Origin: Candidatus Saccharimonadia bacterium
GTDB lineage: Bacteria > Patescibacteriota > Saccharimonadia > CAILAD01 > BJGX01
Length of the DNA stretch: 32,000 nt
NCBI GenBank assembly: GCA_039738635.1
Contig: JBCLLN010000004.1
Location: 15,404 to 47,403 of the forward strand
Direction: 5' to 3'
Part shown: piece by piece, positions 24,395 to 32,000 of the stretch
Layout: each line of letters starts with the position of its first letter
Position numbering within the stretch: position 1 is the first letter of the stretch
Translations under genes and position numbers: made by a program
Notes under the pieces: generated by a model
Told to the model about the DNA's origin: nothing
What the model saw: the letters and a program-made list of their open reading frames with translations, nothing else
Databases searched by the model: none

Positions 24395-24974
24395 TTTATT
24401 CTATATAGTTGTATTTTTGCTTTTAATATTCTCTAGTGCTCTACCGTTTGGACTAGACAACTACACCATCAAAAAAACTCTCCCCAAATTCATAGGGGCC
24501 GTGATACTAACGCAATTTTCCTTTGTAATTACTGTCGCAATAGTTGATTTCTTTAACCTAATGGGCCGGGTGGTCCCTAATATGATCTTTGGTTTGGGTA
24601 GTGTTGCCGTAGGGGGCGCCTGTAGTGGTAATATGTCAAACATCGGTGGGCTTAATAGCACTCTAGAACTATTGACTGGTGGCTTAATTGCTATTGCGGC
24701 GTTCTTTTTAGTTATCGTACTCGCAGTTGTTTTGTTCTTTGCTATGCTAGTGGCTTTTGTATATATGGCTATGCGATACCTTATAATCTATATTCTTATT
24801 ATTGCTGCACCACTGGCATTTGCCTGCTGGGTACTACCTGGCACCAATAAGCTATGGAGTGCTTGGTGGACTAATTTTATAAAGCTTAATGCAATGATTA
24901 TTGTAATAACAGCAATGCTTTCCTTGTCAGTTGTGCTATCTCAGGTTCTAATAATAACAACTGGAGAATGCTAA
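24336..24974 (+). CDS. VirB6/TrbL-like polytopic membrane protein (about 200 aa as annotated)
   Basis: 5-6 TM helices. Position upstream of the PrgI/VirB4 genes. The start is uncertain: TTG 24336, ATG 24339, or GTG 24378-24387 right after the G tract. It may be fused to the upstream ORF. Confidence 0.5.
   Translation: MMMIIRSFLAWWGGVVVVANLFYIVVFLLLIFSSALPFGLDNYTIKKTLPKFIGAVILTQFSFVITVAIVDFFNLMGRVVPNMIFGLGSVAVGGACSGNMSNIGGLNSTLELLTGGLIAIAAFFLVIVLAVVLFFAMLVAFVYMAMRYLIIYILIIAAPLAFACWVLPGTNKLWSAWWTNFIKLNAMIIVITAMLSLSVVLSQVLIITTGEC
24370..24378 (+). repeat. Homopolymeric G9 tract followed by (GGT)4
   Basis: atggtGGGGGGGGGtggtggtggtggctaa sits exactly where ORF 23468..24394 and the +1-frame ORF 24336..24974 overlap. 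Confidence 0.95.
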
Positions 24975-24977
24975 TAA

Positions 24978-25892
24978 ATGAGCAATATGATACTACAATT
25001 GATGGCGATCATGCTCCCCATCGTAGCGCTTTTGGCCGTCCCCAAGGCGCTTAAATGGACTACTAAGGGTATGAGCGCACTTGCTGGCGGGGCATTGGGG
25101 GCTATAGGTGGCAAGATGGGCGCTGCTGGCAGGGGCATGGGCAAGCAGGCTAAAAAACAAGGCCAAAAGGGCGTCAAATATGGCCAGGAGAAAACCGCTG
25201 AATTTGGCAAAACAAAATTGGCAGAGAAAGGATTTGGCACAAAGAGCTGGAATAATCGACAGAAAAACAAAGCTTCCGAGGCTTCTAGAGCTAAGAGTAG
25301 AGATGAGATTGCTGATCTGAATAAAGAAGACCTAACGACAAGTGCAGAAAGGGCAGCTGTGGCAGCTGCACGCAATCCTACTAGCTATAATCTGGGTGTA
25401 CATAGGGCTCACCTAGACAGGCTAGCTGAGACTAGCAATACAAAAGGTCTAGAAGCCGCAGCGAGACAATATAGGGACGCCGGTAGGGCTGAGGGTATGA
25501 CAGATGATACTATAAATGCTAATTGGCAAAGAGATCTAGGTAAAAACATCCCAGCCATGGCTAAAAAGAATCCTATGCTAAGTGGTCATCTAGAGAATTT
25601 AGGGAGTAGGGCAACAAATCTGGTTGCTGTTACCGGCGGACACGGAGCCGGTGAAGACTATCACCACACTACCCAGGGCGACTATAGCGACCTAGGCGAA
25701 GAAAGACTAAAGTCAATGGATCCAACAGTGCTAAAGGATATTGTGACTTCTATGAGTGCTACTGGTGCTGTAGTAACTAATTTCAAATTTGACAAAGCTA
25801 CCATAGCTCGCGCACTATCTAGTAGAGGGGGGACGGGGTTTGAGGATACTGGAGGAAGAAAAGCCTTAGAGGAAATATATGCTAAGATATAA
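24978..25892 (+). CDS. Membrane-anchored Gly/Lys/Ala-rich hypothetical T4SS-associated protein (304 aa)
   Basis: One N-terminal TM helix, then GGALGAIGGKMGAAGRGMGKQAKKQGQKG and a charged helical region. TAATAAATG junction with the preceding gene. Confidence 0.55.
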   Translation: MSNMILQLMAIMLPIVALLAVPKALKWTTKGMSALAGGALGAIGGKMGAAGRGMGKQAKKQGQKGVKYGQEKTAEFGKTKLAEKGFGTKSWNNRQKNKASEASRAKSRDEIADLNKEDLTTSAERAAVAAARNPTSYNLGVHRAHLDRLAETSNTKGLEAAARQYRDAGRAEGMTDDTINANWQRDLGKNIPAMAKKNPMLSGHLENLGSRATNLVAVTGGHGAGEDYHHTTQGDYSDLGEERLKSMDPTVLKDIVTSMSATGAVVTNFKFDKATIARALSSRGGTGFEDTGGRKALEEIYAKI

Positions 25893-25961
25893 CCCTCACC
25901 ACACCACTAAGAACTATGAAATACCCTCCACCACACCACCACTACCAGGAACAAGTCCCTA

Positions 25962-26786
25962 ATGGGTGAATACAAAGTACCTACAGATGTCGAGGCCGAA
26001 GATAAAATCCTAGGCCCCTTATCCTTGCGTCAAGCAATATATGTCATTATAGGCCTGGCCTGGGGAGCGCTAATGTGGAGGATATTTACTGATAATTATA
26101 TCCCAATGGCCATATCCATTCTACCTGTCACCGGCTTTTTTTTACTGCTGGGCTTTGGTAGGCGCCAGGAGCAAAGCTTTGAACATTATTTTGTGGCTGT
26201 GGTGCAGTATTTTACAATACCCAGAATGAGAATATGGGATAAGGACTTACAGCAAGAGGAGCTAGTAACTTCAGACAAGATAGCTCCGGTAATAGTCAGC
26301 CATAAAAACATAACGCATGGTAGCTTGGAGCAATTAGCACTAGCTCTTGATACTCACGGCGCACAAAAAGACCCTACCATCCAACTACCAGATGAATCTG
26401 GCCAGACAGCAAACCTCAGCCAAAGAATCATTAGTCCAACCCAGCTGGCACCCAACGACACCAAGCCTACAATCACTCACGATGCAACACTCCAAGATGA
26501 TGTCCTTGATACCACTAGTGAGCGTAGCCAGGAAGTTAATGAACTTCTAGAAAATGTTACAGTAGATATCCATCGCCAGGCCCTGCACGACATCACAGCC
26601 CAGCTTAACGATAATAATTCAACCCCCACTAACCCAGCTACTAGTTCCCAGCCTACCATAGATAATGCTATAATTAATAAGGTTATGCTACAAAGCAATA
26701 ACCTATCGGTAGCACAGATAGCCAAAGAAGCTGGGGAGAATATCATTCCAGCTGGGCAATCAATAAACATTACCGCTACTAGCTAG
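25962..26786 (+). CDS. PrgI-family (VirB3-like) membrane protein with a long polar C-terminal extension
   Basis: N-terminus YKVPTDVEAEDKILGPLSLRQAIYVIIGLAWGAL plus a second TM helix is the PrgI/Tn916-Orf17-type pattern. It sits upstream of VirB4, as in Gram-positive conjugation modules. Confidence 0.6.
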   Translation: MGEYKVPTDVEAEDKILGPLSLRQAIYVIIGLAWGALMWRIFTDNYIPMAISILPVTGFFLLLGFGRRQEQSFEHYFVAVVQYFTIPRMRIWDKDLQQEELVTSDKIAPVIVSHKNITHGSLEQLALALDTHGAQKDPTIQLPDESGQTANLSQRIISPTQLAPNDTKPTITHDATLQDDVLDTTSERSQEVNELLENVTVDIHRQALHDITAQLNDNNSTPTNPATSSQPTIDNAIINKVMLQSNNLSVAQIAKEAGENIIPAGQSINITATS

Positions 26787-26792
26787 CTAAAT

Positions 26793-27647
26793 ATGGCAAT
26801 CAATACTCCCAACCAAGCGTATATAGATAGTACAACCCCCCCTAAGAAAAAAGTGATATCCACTCAAAGCACTCAGGGTAATCTTAATTTTGCTGAAATC
26901 CATGATGGCGTAGTAATTATGCGCGATGGTAGCTTACGGGCAATTATAATGTGCTCACCCACCAACTACGACCTCAAAAGCCCCAACGAGAAAGATGCTA
27001 TAGAGTTTGCCTATCAGGGCTTCTTAAACGGCCTGCACTTTCCTATCCAGATATCTATTCAGTCTCGCAAGATAGACCTCAAATCGTATCTAGATATGCT
27101 AGATAAAAAGCTTGGAGAGCAATCCAACCCAATGCTAGCAGGGCTGATGGAGGACTATATATACAATATTAGAGATCTGCTCAACACGGTCAATATTATG
27201 GACAAAAAATTTTTTGTGGTAGTTCCTTTCTTTGTGGCAGAGGCAGCTAAGGGTAGTTTTTTCAAACAGCTAGCTGCCTCGTTTGTGCCGGCTCATGATG
27301 TCAAGCAAAGCACAAAGCAATTTGACCAACGCAAACGAGAGCTGGTGGGGCGTACTAATGCTGTTGCCCAAGGGCTGGCGGCAATTGGAGTCAGGGCAGC
27401 CGTATTAAAAACCCAAGAAATAATAGAGCTGTTTTATGATTCGTATAATCTAGAAGAGGCGCTAGCCGAATCCCTAGTAAACACCCAGGATATGACAACT
27501 CCTATCGTACAAAGGGAGGGGGGTCTGCCCCAGCCATACACGGCCGAGCCTAAAGAAGTAGATCCACCCGATTTATATGATTCGGCTCGTGCTGATGTTA
27601 ATAACGATGTTGCTAGTGGTGCGAATGGTAATGGAGGAAAAGTATAG
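26793..27647 (+). CDS. VirB4 N-terminal-domain-like protein (284 aa), apparently a split-off part of VirB4
   Basis: NFAEIHDGVVIMRDGSLRAIIMCSPTNYDLKSPNEKDAIEFAYQGFLNGLHFPIQISIQSRKIDL resembles the N-terminal region of Gram-positive VirB4/TraE/Orf16 proteins. Its stop TAG overlaps the GTG start of the ATPase ORF (TAGTG). Confidence 0.45.
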   Translation: MAINTPNQAYIDSTTPPKKKVISTQSTQGNLNFAEIHDGVVIMRDGSLRAIIMCSPTNYDLKSPNEKDAIEFAYQGFLNGLHFPIQISIQSRKIDLKSYLDMLDKKLGEQSNPMLAGLMEDYIYNIRDLLNTVNIMDKKFFVVVPFFVAEAAKGSFFKQLAASFVPAHDVKQSTKQFDQRKRELVGRTNAVAQGLAAIGVRAAVLKTQEIIELFYDSYNLEEALAESLVNTQDMTTPIVQREGGLPQPYTAEPKEVDPPDLYDSARADVNNDVASGANGNGGKV

Positions 27648-29479
27648 TGGCCTTTGGTAAGAAAAAACCACCCCCTATTGTGTCTGCTCAAAGCGCACAG
27701 GAACAGCAGGCAACTATCAAATTCCAGCAAGGAGTCGCCACGCTTAGAGACATCATAGCGCCAAGTAGCTTTGAGATACAAAACAACTACATCAAAATAG
27801 GTGGGCGCTATGCTCGCACCTTATTTGTATATGCTTATCCCCGGATGCTTTTTACTGGCTGGCTATCACCCATTATTAATCTAGACGAGGTCATTGATAT
27901 TAGTCTAAATATTGAGCCCGTAGAAAGCGAAATTGTGCTCAAAAACCTTAAAAAGAAGGTGACGCAACTAGAGGCAAGCAACACCATCAACGAAGAGAAG
28001 GGCCAAGTCCGAGACCCAATGCTTGAAGCTCAGATAGTTGATGCCGAGGAGTTGCGCGATAAACTACAAATAGGGGAGGACAGGTTCTTTAGGTTTGGGT
28101 TGTCTATAACTGTCTATGGCAATGACGAAAAACAACTCACCGAGATTGGCAGCAAAATAGAAAGTATATTGGGCTCAACTCTTATTTATAGCAAGATAGC
28201 CAGCCTACAAATGGTCCAAGGCTTTAACACGACCCTACCTATGTGCACCGACCAACTACAAATTAAGCGCAATATGGATACCGGTGCCATTTCCACCAGC
28301 TTCCCCTTTACTACCGCCAATCTTAGCCAAGACAACGGAATACTGTATGGCATTAACCGCCACAATAATGGCCTGGTGCTTTTTGATAGATTTAGCCTAG
28401 AAAACGCCAATATGGTGGTGTTCGCTAAGTCTGGGGCTGGCAAGAGCTTCGCCGTTAAGCTAGAGTGCTTACGCTCGCTTATGATGGGCACCGAGATACT
28501 AGTCATTGATCCTGAAAACGAATATCAATCACTCTGTAACGCAGTGGGTGGGAGCTTTTTGCACTTAAGCCTTGCCAGTGATACGCGCATTAACCCCTTT
28601 GATATTCCAGAAACCATAGACCCAGAAGAAGCCGATAATGCCCTGCGGGCTAATATCATTATGTTGCATGGACTATTAAGGCTAATGACCGGGCAAATGA
28701 ATCCTGCCGAGCAGGCTGATATGGATTTAGCACTCATCAACACTTACGCCGAAAAGGGAATTACTAACGATCCACTAACCCACAAATCCGTGCCTCCAAT
28801 AATGACCGATTTATATAATACCCTTAATGCTATGGCCGGAAATGGCCCAGCATTGGCAGCCAGATTAAGGCGCTATACCGAGGGCACATTTGCTGGTATA
28901 TTCTCCGAACAAAGTAATGTAGATCTAAATAGTAGCTTTGTGGTTTTTAATACCCGCGACCTTGAAGACGAGCTAAGACCAATAGGAATGTATATTACCC
29001 TAAATTACATCTGGAATAAAGTTAAAACCGATAGGCGCAAAAGAATCCTAGTGGTTGATGAGGCTTGGCAATTATTACAGTACGAGGACTCGGCGCAGTT
29101 TATGTTTAGTATTGCCAAGCGGGCTCGTAAATACTACCTAGGTCTGACCACTATCTCCCAAGATGTTGAGGATTTCTTACAAACACGGCTTGGTAGGGCA
29201 ATTGTAAATAACTCAAGCTTACAGCTACTACTCAAGCAGAGCCCATCGGCGGTCAATATCATCACCGAAACTTTTAAGCTAACCGAAGCAGAAAGTATGT
29301 CCCTATCACAATTTCCCATAGGGGAGGGTTTGTTCTTTGCCGGACTAAGCCATGTGATACTACATATTATGGGATCCCCAGCCGAGGAACAGCTTATAAC
29401 AACCGACCCTAAAGCATTGTTAGAGCGCCAAATGGCAGATCAGGCAGCAGCCACTAGCAAAGTAAATAATACTAAATAG
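27647..29479 (+). CDS. virB4: VirB4/TraC/TrsE-family T4SS ATPase (610 aa, lacks the usual N-terminal ~250 aa)
   Basis: Walker A VFAKSGAGKSF and Walker B RILVVDEAWQLL. IAPSSFEIQNNYIKIGGRYARTLFVYAYPRMLFTGWLSPII is a typical VirB4 mid-region. GGAGGA RBS before the GTG start. Confidence 0.9.
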   Translation: MAFGKKKPPPIVSAQSAQEQQATIKFQQGVATLRDIIAPSSFEIQNNYIKIGGRYARTLFVYAYPRMLFTGWLSPIINLDEVIDISLNIEPVESEIVLKNLKKKVTQLEASNTINEEKGQVRDPMLEAQIVDAEELRDKLQIGEDRFFRFGLSITVYGNDEKQLTEIGSKIESILGSTLIYSKIASLQMVQGFNTTLPMCTDQLQIKRNMDTGAISTSFPFTTANLSQDNGILYGINRHNNGLVLFDRFSLENANMVVFAKSGAGKSFAVKLECLRSLMMGTEILVIDPENEYQSLCNAVGGSFLHLSLASDTRINPFDIPETIDPEEADNALRANIIMLHGLLRLMTGQMNPAEQADMDLALINTYAEKGITNDPLTHKSVPPIMTDLYNTLNAMAGNGPALAARLRRYTEGTFAGIFSEQSNVDLNSSFVVFNTRDLEDELRPIGMYITLNYIWNKVKTDRRKRILVVDEAWQLLQYEDSAQFMFSIAKRARKYYLGLTTISQDVEDFLQTRLGRAIVNNSSLQLLLKQSPSAVNIITETFKLTEAESMSLSQFPIGEGLFFAGLSHVILHIMGSPAEEQLITTDPKALLERQMADQAAATSKVNNTK

Positions 29480-29544
29480 CATTAGCACTATCAAAAGCAT
29501 AGCTAGTTTGATACAATCAATATTATAGATTGGGTGAATAATAT

Positions 29545-32000
29545 ATGGCTGGTGGTGCATCAAAACCAAGCAAACCTAGTGGAGGCGGTGGCAAGCCTCA
29601 GTCTTCGGGTAGAGTAAGCCCCACCGATGGTGGTGGCTCCACACCACCACCAGACCAGTCCAACTCTGGTGGTGGGCCCACTAAGAGTTCTCCCGTAAGC
29701 GACGACGCCCAAAAAAAGGCTGGTGATACTGCAGGGAAGGGGCACGAACAACTCAAAGAAAACATCCACGATGCCAAAGAAGTAGCCAAGGCCTTTAAGC
29801 CAGGCTCAAATACTAAGGGAGATATCAAGGAGGTAAAACAAGCTTTCCAGGAAAAGGGCGCCAAGGGCGCAGCTGGGGAAGTAGGCCGCAAAGCTGTGGG
29901 TAAGGGGGTGGAGGCAGGCGTCACAGCAGTCACAGGAGGAGCTGCCAAGCCAATTGCCAAGCCAATTGGAAAAATAGTAGAAAAGGCCCTCAAAAAAGAA
30001 AATCTCAAAAAAATCGCAATTGGTATTATAGCAGTATTAACTATACCCCTACTGCTAATTGGTATAGCTCTATATTTCATTGCTAACCCATGGAAATTGG
30101 TTGAAAAGGTTCTTACTGACGACAAGATGAGGTCTTTTGCAATTCAAGCAGTAAAGCTTGCAGCAAGAGAACTAATTAGTAATGATGAACTATATAAAAA
30201 GTATGGTTTTGTTGAGTATAAGCCCGGCACTGCCCTAGCATCACATGTACCCCCACCCGCACTCGCAGAACACCCCCTCGTCGGATCCTTAGCATATAAA
30301 ATGCTTTTAGTGGACTATAAAAAAGCCCAGTGGCAGACAATTAGGGCGCCGGATTGTCCTTATAGATATACAACGAAGGCATTGATGGGACCTGAGGGGC
30401 AAATCGTTAACGCCATAGATGAGATATATTTGGATACCAGCTTTGGTGCAAATAACACCGAAAATAAAGCCAAAAGGGGTGATTTTTTGGTTGATTATTG
30501 TATTGGCAAATCAATGCCTTTATATAATATGATGGTCCGCACATCCAACACCCGCAAGGTAAATAAATTTAGCAATACCAACCTCATCTACGCCGAGCCT
30601 AAAGACTCGCCAAATATTAAAGGCAAGTCGCCCAAAGAAATCAAAGATTATGTCTATACTAAAACCTACAAGCGTATTACGCCACCAGACGATGATGAGA
30701 TACCCAAAACAGAGATACCAGATGTAGATAACTTCATCAAAGATGTTCGCGCGGCACTAAGGGACAATCTAGACCCTGACAGTCTATCCTATACATTTAC
30801 GGGTATAGATGAACAGTCCAATACCAAAAAGACCCTCTGTGCTTTCTCTAAGGGCTACTTAAAAAAGTCGAATCTAAAGAAAGGCATCTTATCTAGAATA
30901 AATTCTGGGCAACGCTCTGGAATTAAAACCAATACTCTGTCGTCCACGAGGGAGCTGGGATTACTTACCAATGAAGAGCTAAGCCCAACATTTAAACAGC
31001 TCGACGGCTGGGCCAGTAGCCGTGCCTACTCTCAAAATCTCTATGGTTCCCAGAGTGGTGAGGCTATAGACCCCGAAAGGCTCGGAAATACTTCCTATGG
31101 CGGTAACTATACCGAAGTGCTGGCCTTGCTTTACGATATAAGAGAAATATGTGAGGGCGGTGTTATTGATGATGAGCAAGAGATATTAGACGCCGACTAC
31201 GAAGCTCTCCAGAACCTAATAGTAACTCAGTCTAATGGTAAATTTATAAATAGAGATAGCTTTGGGATTGAACAGCTAATGCAAGGTGTAATTCGTATGG
31301 GTGCTGGATCGGCTATATCAGGGCTGGAAGCCACTGGCCAACAAAACTTTAATAACCAATCACAGGGCTATCGGGCTCTATCTAACCAATATATGATGAG
31401 TATTGGGGGGAGGTTCCTCACCAAGGAAGAAGCCAATAAAGCCGATTTGCTAGCCGAGAACACCCGCCGTGAAGTAGAAAATAAAAATGGCATTGCCTAC
31501 CGGCTTTTTGGGGAAGACAATATTCGCTCGCTGGCTAATGTAATGCAATACGAAACTCCCCGAACACTGGGTGAATTTGAGCGTAAGACTAAGCAATTTA
31601 TAGCTAGCATATCTAACCCCATTAAACTTCTCGCCGATTTGCACTCTAGCTTTAGCTATATCGCACTAGGGCAACACAACCAAGCCTTTGCTGCAGGCGC
31701 CACTGGGGATGCTTATATGCGCCTCAACACCGTTGGCCTACCTGCCGAAGACGCTATTGATTCGGAAGGTAGGCCAATTAAGATGATTGAAAACTCCGAC
31801 TATATCCAGGAATTACTCAAGAGTGGCACACCTGGGAGTGGCACACCTGACCAAAAAAGAGTTCTGGGGTATTTTGAAAAATGCTCCAAATCCAACATCC
31901 CCACCAAGGATGTCTTTGCTAGGCTATATGATGTAGAGATTGAATCTGGGGAGGCAGTAATAGATAGGAGTAGAGACAATATGCAGTTTAAGAATGATTA
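29545..32000 (+). CDS. Large membrane-anchored protein, 5' partial view (more than 818 codons, continues past the window)
   Basis: In my manual translation the frame from ATG 29545 has no stop up to base 32000. Gly/Pro/Lys-rich N-terminal region, then a single TM helix IAIGIIAVLTIPLLLIGIALYFIA, then a large domain. It is absent from the ORF track only because it has no stop. Confidence 0.75.
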   Translation, partial: MAGGASKPSKPSGGGGKPQSSGRVSPTDGGGSTPPPDQSNSGGGPTKSSPVSDDAQKKAGDTAGKGHEQLKENIHDAKEVAKAFKPGSNTKGDIKEVKQAFQEKGAKGAAGEVGRKAVGKGVEAGVTAVTGGAAKPIAKPIGKIVEKALKKENLKKIAIGIIAVLTIPLLLIGIALYFIANPWKLVEKVLTDDKMRSFAIQAVKLAARELISNDELYKKYGFVEYKPGTALASHVPPPALAEHPLVGSLAYKMLLVDYKKAQWQTIRAPDCPYRYTTKALMGPEGQIVNAIDEIYLDTSFGANNTENKAKRGDFLVDYCIGKSMPLYNMMVRTSNTRKVNKFSNTNLIYAEPKDSPNIKGKSPKEIKDYVYTKTYKRITPPDDDEIPKTEIPDVDNFIKDVRAALRDNLDPDSLSYTFTGIDEQSNTKKTLCAFSKGYLKKSNLKKGILSRINSGQRSGIKTNTLSSTRELGLLTNEELSPTFKQLDGWASSRAYSQNLYGSQSGEAIDPERLGNTSYGGNYTEVLALLYDIREICEGGVIDDEQEILDADYEALQNLIVTQSNGKFINRDSFGIEQLMQGVIRMGAGSAISGLEATGQQNFNNQSQGYRALSNQYMMSIGGRFLTKEEANKADLLAENTRREVENKNGIAYRLFGEDNIRSLANVMQYETPRTLGEFERKTKQFIASISNPIKLLADLHSSFSYIALGQHNQAFAAGATGDAYMRLNTVGLPAEDAIDSEGRPIKMIENSDYIQELLKSGTPGSGTPDQKRVLGYFEKCSKSNIPTKDVFARLYDVEIESGEAVIDRSRDNMQFKND

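Noticed and set aside
24971-25375. Minus-strand 134-aa ORF and plus-strand 25108..25320 ORF
   Set aside because: They overlap the 304-aa plus-strand ORF, which has operon context and an N-terminal TM helix. They are Ala/Leu/Pro-rich shadows of a Gly/Ala/Lys-coding region.
29560-30125. Minus-strand ORFs 29560..29769 and 29598..30125
   Set aside because: They are antisense to the long open-ended plus-strand ORF starting at 29545, which continues without a stop to the window end.
1-32000. CRISPR arrays, rRNA genes, transposases or integrases, and an alternative genetic code (UGA recoding)
   Set aside because: I saw no regularly spaced identical repeats with unique spacers and no rRNA-like segments. 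I saw no DDE or tyrosine-recombinase-like ORFs. Long ORFs are intact under the standard code, with TGA used as a stop (for example at 7212 and 18857), so code 4/25 is unnecessary.

Overview
The window reads as chromosomal DNA from a small-genome bacterium using the standard genetic code. ORFs are long and intact, and TGA, TAA and TAG all serve as stops. The gene content suggests a Patescibacteria/CPR, Saccharibacteria-like organism, but that is inference, not proof. There are three blocks.

(1) 0.2-13.9 kb is an accessory-looking block. It holds an M28 peptidase whose 5' end is duplicated about 10 kb away. Between the two copies lie a 1328-aa protein with tentative ADP-ribosyltransferase-like and atypical-kinase-like C-terminal modules, a GH114-like hydrolase, and an AT-rich methyltransferase + XRE-HTH pair. 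A run of minus-strand genes follows, including a Doc/AbrB toxin-antitoxin pair. Each of these genes is followed by a copy of a conserved 45-125 nt intergenic repeat.

(2) 13.9-20.6 kb holds tRNA-Ser(CGA) with an adjacent GIY-YIG gene and three pseudo-copies of the tRNA 3' end. It also holds an FAD-oxidoreductase + CFA-synthase-like pair (BfaA/BfaB-like), membrane and methyltransferase genes, comF and hsp20.

(3) 20.7-32.0 kb is a type IV secretion-like locus. Four tandem VirB2/TrbC-like pilin genes, one a fused double pilin, sit on the minus strand. They diverge from an operon encoding a secreted Cys-rich protein, a VirB6-like membrane protein, a PrgI/VirB3-like protein, a VirB4 split into two ORFs, and a large membrane-anchored protein that runs off the window and is absent from the ORF track. 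No relaxase, coupling protein or integrase is visible.

All functional calls rest on motif recognition by eye. No database search was possible.
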